A stretch of 32,000 nt of DNA from Synechococcus sp. A15-28. Lineage in GTDB: Bacteria > Cyanobacteriota > Cyanobacteriia > PCC-6307 > Cyanobiaceae. The stretch covers positions 2,220,001 through 2,252,000 of the forward strand of contig NZ_CP047931.1 in assembly GCF_014280175.1 (NCBI RefSeq), given 5' to 3'. Shown in pieces: positions 29,044 through 32,000 of this stretch; the stretch's first letter is position 1, and each line of letters begins with the position of its first letter. The notes under the pieces are model-generated. The model did no database searches and was not told the DNA's origin. It saw only the letters and a list, made by a program, of their open reading frames with translations. The position numbers and the translations under genes were made by a program.

Positions 29044-30249
29044 ATGCCCGAAACGCTTTTCAAAGTTGATCTCACCAAGTCGATGGATCAGCAGGATATG
29101 CCTGGACATAACCGTTGGCATCCAGATATTCCTGCAGTCGCATCAGTTAATCCAGGCGATGTCTTTCGAATTGAGTGCAAAGACTGGACAGATGGACAGA
29201 TTAAAGACAACGACAATCCCCAAGATATTGCTGATGTGAATCTCGAGGTTGTTCACGTTCTAAGTGGTCCAATTTGGGTCAATGGAGCTCAGCCAGGAGA
29301 TATTTTGGTTGTTGATATCCTCGAGGTAGGAGCACTTCAAGGTGATGAGTGGGGTTTTACTGGAATCTTTGCCAAAGAAAACGGTGGAGGATTTCTGACC
29401 GATCATTTTCCAAAAGCAGCAAAAGCAATCTGGGATTTGGAAGGAGTTTTTACGTCCTCTCGCCACATTCCCGGAGTTCGTTTCGCTGGCATCACCCATC
29501 CAGGCCTGATCGGTTGCGCTCCCTCCATGGATCTGCTCCAGGAATGGAACCGTCGAGAAACAGAGTTGGTTCAGACTGCACCAGACCGCAGAACCTATGG
29601 CGCAGGACTTTCTGGAACGGAACCGGTTCTGGCAGCTTTGCCGAACCCAAACAGCGCCATTCTTGGGAACGTCGCTGCTGGAGATTTTGAGAGAATTGCT
29701 AACGAAGCAGCTCGGACTGTTCCTCCACGGGAACATGGAGGAAACTGCGACATTAAAAATCTCACAAAAGGAACACGGATCTATTTCCCTGTGTACGTAG
29801 AGGGTGCAAAGCTCTCCATGGGTGACATTCACTTTTCTCAGGGTGATGGGGAAATTTCATTCTGTGGTGCTATCGAGATGTCTGGATATCTCGATCTTCA
29901 TGTTGAGCTGATCAAAGGAGGGATGGCTAAATATGGCATGGTCAATCCAATGTTCAAGACCAGTCCTGTTGAGCCTCATTACTCTGATTATCTAGTCTTT
30001 GAGGGCATCTCTGTCGATGAATTTGAAGGGAAACAATATTATATGGATGTGCATATTGCTTATCGCAGAGCCTGCCTAAATGCAATTGAATACTTGAAAA
30101 AATTTGGTTATACAGGAGAACAGGCCTATCTCTTGCTGAGCTGCGCTCCGGTTGAAGGCAGGATCAGTGGAATTGTCGACATTCCAAATGCGTGCTGCAC
30201 CCTTGCCATACCAACTTCCATATTTGACAAAGATATTCTCCCCTGCTAA
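29044..30249 (+). CDS. fmdA: Formamidase/acetamidase (FmdA/AmdA family)
   Basis: MPETLFKVDLTKSMDQQDMPGHNRWHPDIPAVASVNPGDVFRIECKDWTDGQIKDND...HPGLIGCAPSMDLLQEWNRRE...NCDIKNLTKGTRIYFPVYVEGAKLSMGDIHFSQGDGEISFCGAIEMSG. Confidence 0.95.
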   Translation: MPETLFKVDLTKSMDQQDMPGHNRWHPDIPAVASVNPGDVFRIECKDWTDGQIKDNDNPQDIADVNLEVVHVLSGPIWVNGAQPGDILVVDILEVGALQGDEWGFTGIFAKENGGGFLTDHFPKAAKAIWDLEGVFTSSRHIPGVRFAGITHPGLIGCAPSMDLLQEWNRRETELVQTAPDRRTYGAGLSGTEPVLAALPNPNSAILGNVAAGDFERIANEAARTVPPREHGGNCDIKNLTKGTRIYFPVYVEGAKLSMGDIHFSQGDGEISFCGAIEMSGYLDLHVELIKGGMAKYGMVNPMFKTSPVEPHYSDYLVFEGISVDEFEGKQYYMDVHIAYRRACLNAIEYLKKFGYTGEQAYLLLSCAPVEGRISGIVDIPNACCTLAIPTSIFDKDILPC

Positions 30250-30283
30250 GCACTTACTTCTACCATTATTTATCGATTTTCAC

Positions 30284-30568
30284 ATGCCAGTCTACGAATA
30301 TTCCTGCCAATCTAGTGAATGCCTCACCTATGAAGTATGGCGATCAATTGATCAACGTTCTGTTCAAACAGAATGCCCTACTTGTGGAAGAGAAGGCAAG
30401 AGGATTTTCAATCCACCCATGGTGTTATCCTCATCTATTCGCTCGAAAATCGAAGTTAAGGAACCAAAACTTGTGAGCAAAAAAAATTCAATATATGCGA
30501 CTGAGCCTTCAAAGCCTCGATTACGCACAAACGATTCACGTCCTTGGATGTTGAATCGAGGTTGCTAA
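30284..30568 (+). CDS. FmdB-type putative zinc-ribbon regulatory protein
   Basis: MPVYEYSCQSSECLTYEVWRSIDQRSVQTECPTCGREGKRIFNPP is an FmdB-family zinc ribbon. The listed ORF start (30152) overlaps the fmdA end. Confidence 0.85.
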   Translation: MPVYEYSCQSSECLTYEVWRSIDQRSVQTECPTCGREGKRIFNPPMVLSSSIRSKIEVKEPKLVSKKNSIYATEPSKPRLRTNDSRPWMLNRGC

Positions 30569-30588
30569 GAAAAGACTATCAAAATTAA

Positions 30589-30626
30589 AAAAATGGGGTG
30601 TGATTAAAAAATCACACCCCATTTTT
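30589..30626. terminator. Perfect 17-bp hairpin, probable bidirectional intrinsic terminator
   Basis: AAAAATGGGGTGTGATT (30589-30605) / AAAA / AATCACACCCCATTTTT (30610-30626), lying between convergent genes and flanked by A and T tracts. Confidence 0.95.
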
Positions 30627-30633
30627 ATTCTGA

Positions 30634-31380
30634 TTAAACTGTCAGGAATTCTTCAATCACATGATCTGATAATTGTGAGGTTGGACCACTCGATACAATA
30701 CCACCTCGTTGCATCGCATAATAGAAATTAGACTGCTTCACAAAATGAAGGTGTTGCTCAACCAGAAGAACACTAATGCCTGTTTCTTTAATGATCCGTT
30801 TGACAGCACGTTCAATGTCGAGAATAATCGACGGCTGGATCCCTTCGGTTGGCTCATCTAACAAAAGAAGCTTGGGCTTGCCAAGAAGTGCACGTGCAAT
30901 CGCAAGTTGTTGCTGCTGACCTCCACTGAGGTCACCTCCACGTCGATTCAGAAACTGTTCAAGAATAGGAAACAATTCAAAAACAATGGGATCAATATGA
31001 CGATTTCGCCCCATCCCCCCAGACAATGATTCCATTCCGATCAAAAGATTCTCTCGAACTGTAATTCGAGGAATAATATCTCGGCCTTGGGAAACATAAC
31101 CAATTCCTCCCCTTGCTCGTTTATAAGGAGGCTGGTTAGTTAACATTTTTCCGTCATATTCAATCGAACCAGATCGTTGCTCGAGAAGACCAATGATCGT
31201 CTTTAGAAAGGTTGTCTTTCCCACTCCATTACGACCGATCAAACAAATCATTTCCCCCTCAGGGATATGCAGGTCAACATTTCTGAGAATGTGACTCTCG
31301 CCATAATAGACATTCAAGCCATTTGCTCGAAGAACTGTTTTTGCTGAGGTTGGATGTGTGGTGGTTGTCGTTTGTACCAT
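30634..31380 (-). CDS. urtE: ABC transporter ATPase, urea/amide/branched-chain amino-acid type (UrtE/LivF-like)
   Basis: GVGKTTFLKTIIGLLEQRSGSI, RGGDLSGGQQQQLAIARALLGKPKLLLLDEPTEGIQPSIILDIERAV. Confidence 0.88.
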   Translation of the reverse strand: MVQTTTTTHPTSAKTVLRANGLNVYYGESHILRNVDLHIPEGEMICLIGRNGVGKTTFLKTIIGLLEQRSGSIEYDGKMLTNQPPYKRARGGIGYVSQGRDIIPRITVRENLLIGMESLSGGMGRNRHIDPIVFELFPILEQFLNRRGGDLSGGQQQQLAIARALLGKPKLLLLDEPTEGIQPSIILDIERAVKRIIKETGISVLLVEQHLHFVKQSNFYYAMQRGGIVSSGPTSQLSDHVIEEFLTV

Positions 31381-31412
31381 GATCTTTAAAGGGATTAGTG
31401 AATAAAAAGATA

Positions 31413-32000
31413 CTATTCAGATTGACCGAGATAAACCTCAATCACTTTTGGATCAGACTTTACCTCATCAAGTGAACCTTCCGTCAACAACTGCCCTTGA
31501 TGCAACACAGTGACTGGTGCGGCAAGATCACGAATAAACTCCATATCATGCTCAATTACCACCACGGTATGTTCACCTGCAAGGGATTTAATCAGTTCAG
31601 CTGTTTTGTTCGTCTCGTCATCGGTCAAGCCTGCCACTGGCTCGTCCAGAAGAATGATATCTGGAGATTGAGCAACAAGCATTGAAATCGCAAGCCATTG
31701 TTTTTGGCCGTGAGACAAAGAACCGGCCAAGACCTTTGCATAAGGAGCAAGGCCCACATAATCCATCAAGCGATAGACCTCATCTTTAGCCGTGTTATTG
31801 AGTTTTTCAAACATAAGACTGAATGGCATCTTGCTCGGTGAAGCAGCCAACTCAAGATTTCTAGAGACCGAAAGATTTTCAAACACGCGAGGTGTCTGAA
31901 ACTTACGACCAACACCTAGTCTTGAAATCTTCTGTTCCGAAAAACCAATAATGCTGGAACCTCGCAGGGAGACTGAGCCTTTGGTTGGCTTAACCTTTCC
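31413..32000 (-). CDS. urtD: ABC transporter ATPase (UrtD/LivG-like), 5' end beyond window
   Basis: LGVGRKFQTPRVFENLSVSRNLELAA...AGSLSHGQKQWLAISMLVAQSPDIILLDEPVAGLTDDETNKTAELIKSL. The frame stays open to the window edge. Confidence 0.88.
   Translation of the reverse strand, partial: GKVKPTKGSVSLRGSSIIGFSEQKISRLGVGRKFQTPRVFENLSVSRNLELAASPSKMPFSLMFEKLNNTAKDEVYRLMDYVGLAPYAKVLAGSLSHGQKQWLAISMLVAQSPDIILLDEPVAGLTDDETNKTAELIKSLAGEHTVVVIEHDMEFIRDLAAPVTVLHQGQLLTEGSLDEVKSDPKVIEVYLGQSE

Noticed and set aside
29260-29832. 190-aa minus-strand ORF opposite fmdA
   Set aside because: It is fully within the strongly recognisable fmdA coding sequence.

Overview
The window looks like chromosomal DNA from a marine picocyanobacterium (Synechococcus-like). 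This is inferred from gene content and order and was not tested by any search. From about 0 to 12 kb it is a compact, GC-rich housekeeping backbone: DUF2227-like end, mazG, dienelactone hydrolase, arfB, speE, speB, a cNMP-binding protein, gcvT, aspS, an RpoD-family sigma factor, dps, pyrG and queE. From about 12 to 19 kb there is an insertion-like block with two very large paralogous subtilisin-like (S8) proteins. Each has an N-terminal Ca-loop/Trp-rich module, about 95-aa 'GTPxxGqxLSI...DPDGdG' repeats, PPC-like domains, the protease domain and a shared C-terminal tail. The most striking observation is an orphan second copy of the queE 3' end (15600-15686, with a 35-nt exact match to 11904-11938) between the two protease genes. 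It suggests that the block arose by recombination or duplication at the queE 3' end, separating queE from queC. Next come a HIBADH-like dehydrogenase, queC, pabB and pabC, then a divergent glucosylglycerate locus (HAD phosphatase and GH13 phosphorylase versus gpgS). The last roughly 5 kb is more AT-rich and accessory in character: small ORFs, a DUF1830 protein, an apparently truncated amidase, fmdA, an FmdB-type zinc ribbon, and urtE/urtD-type ABC ATPases separated from the latter by a perfect 17-bp hairpin. No tRNA, rRNA, CRISPR array, transposase or integrase was recognised.
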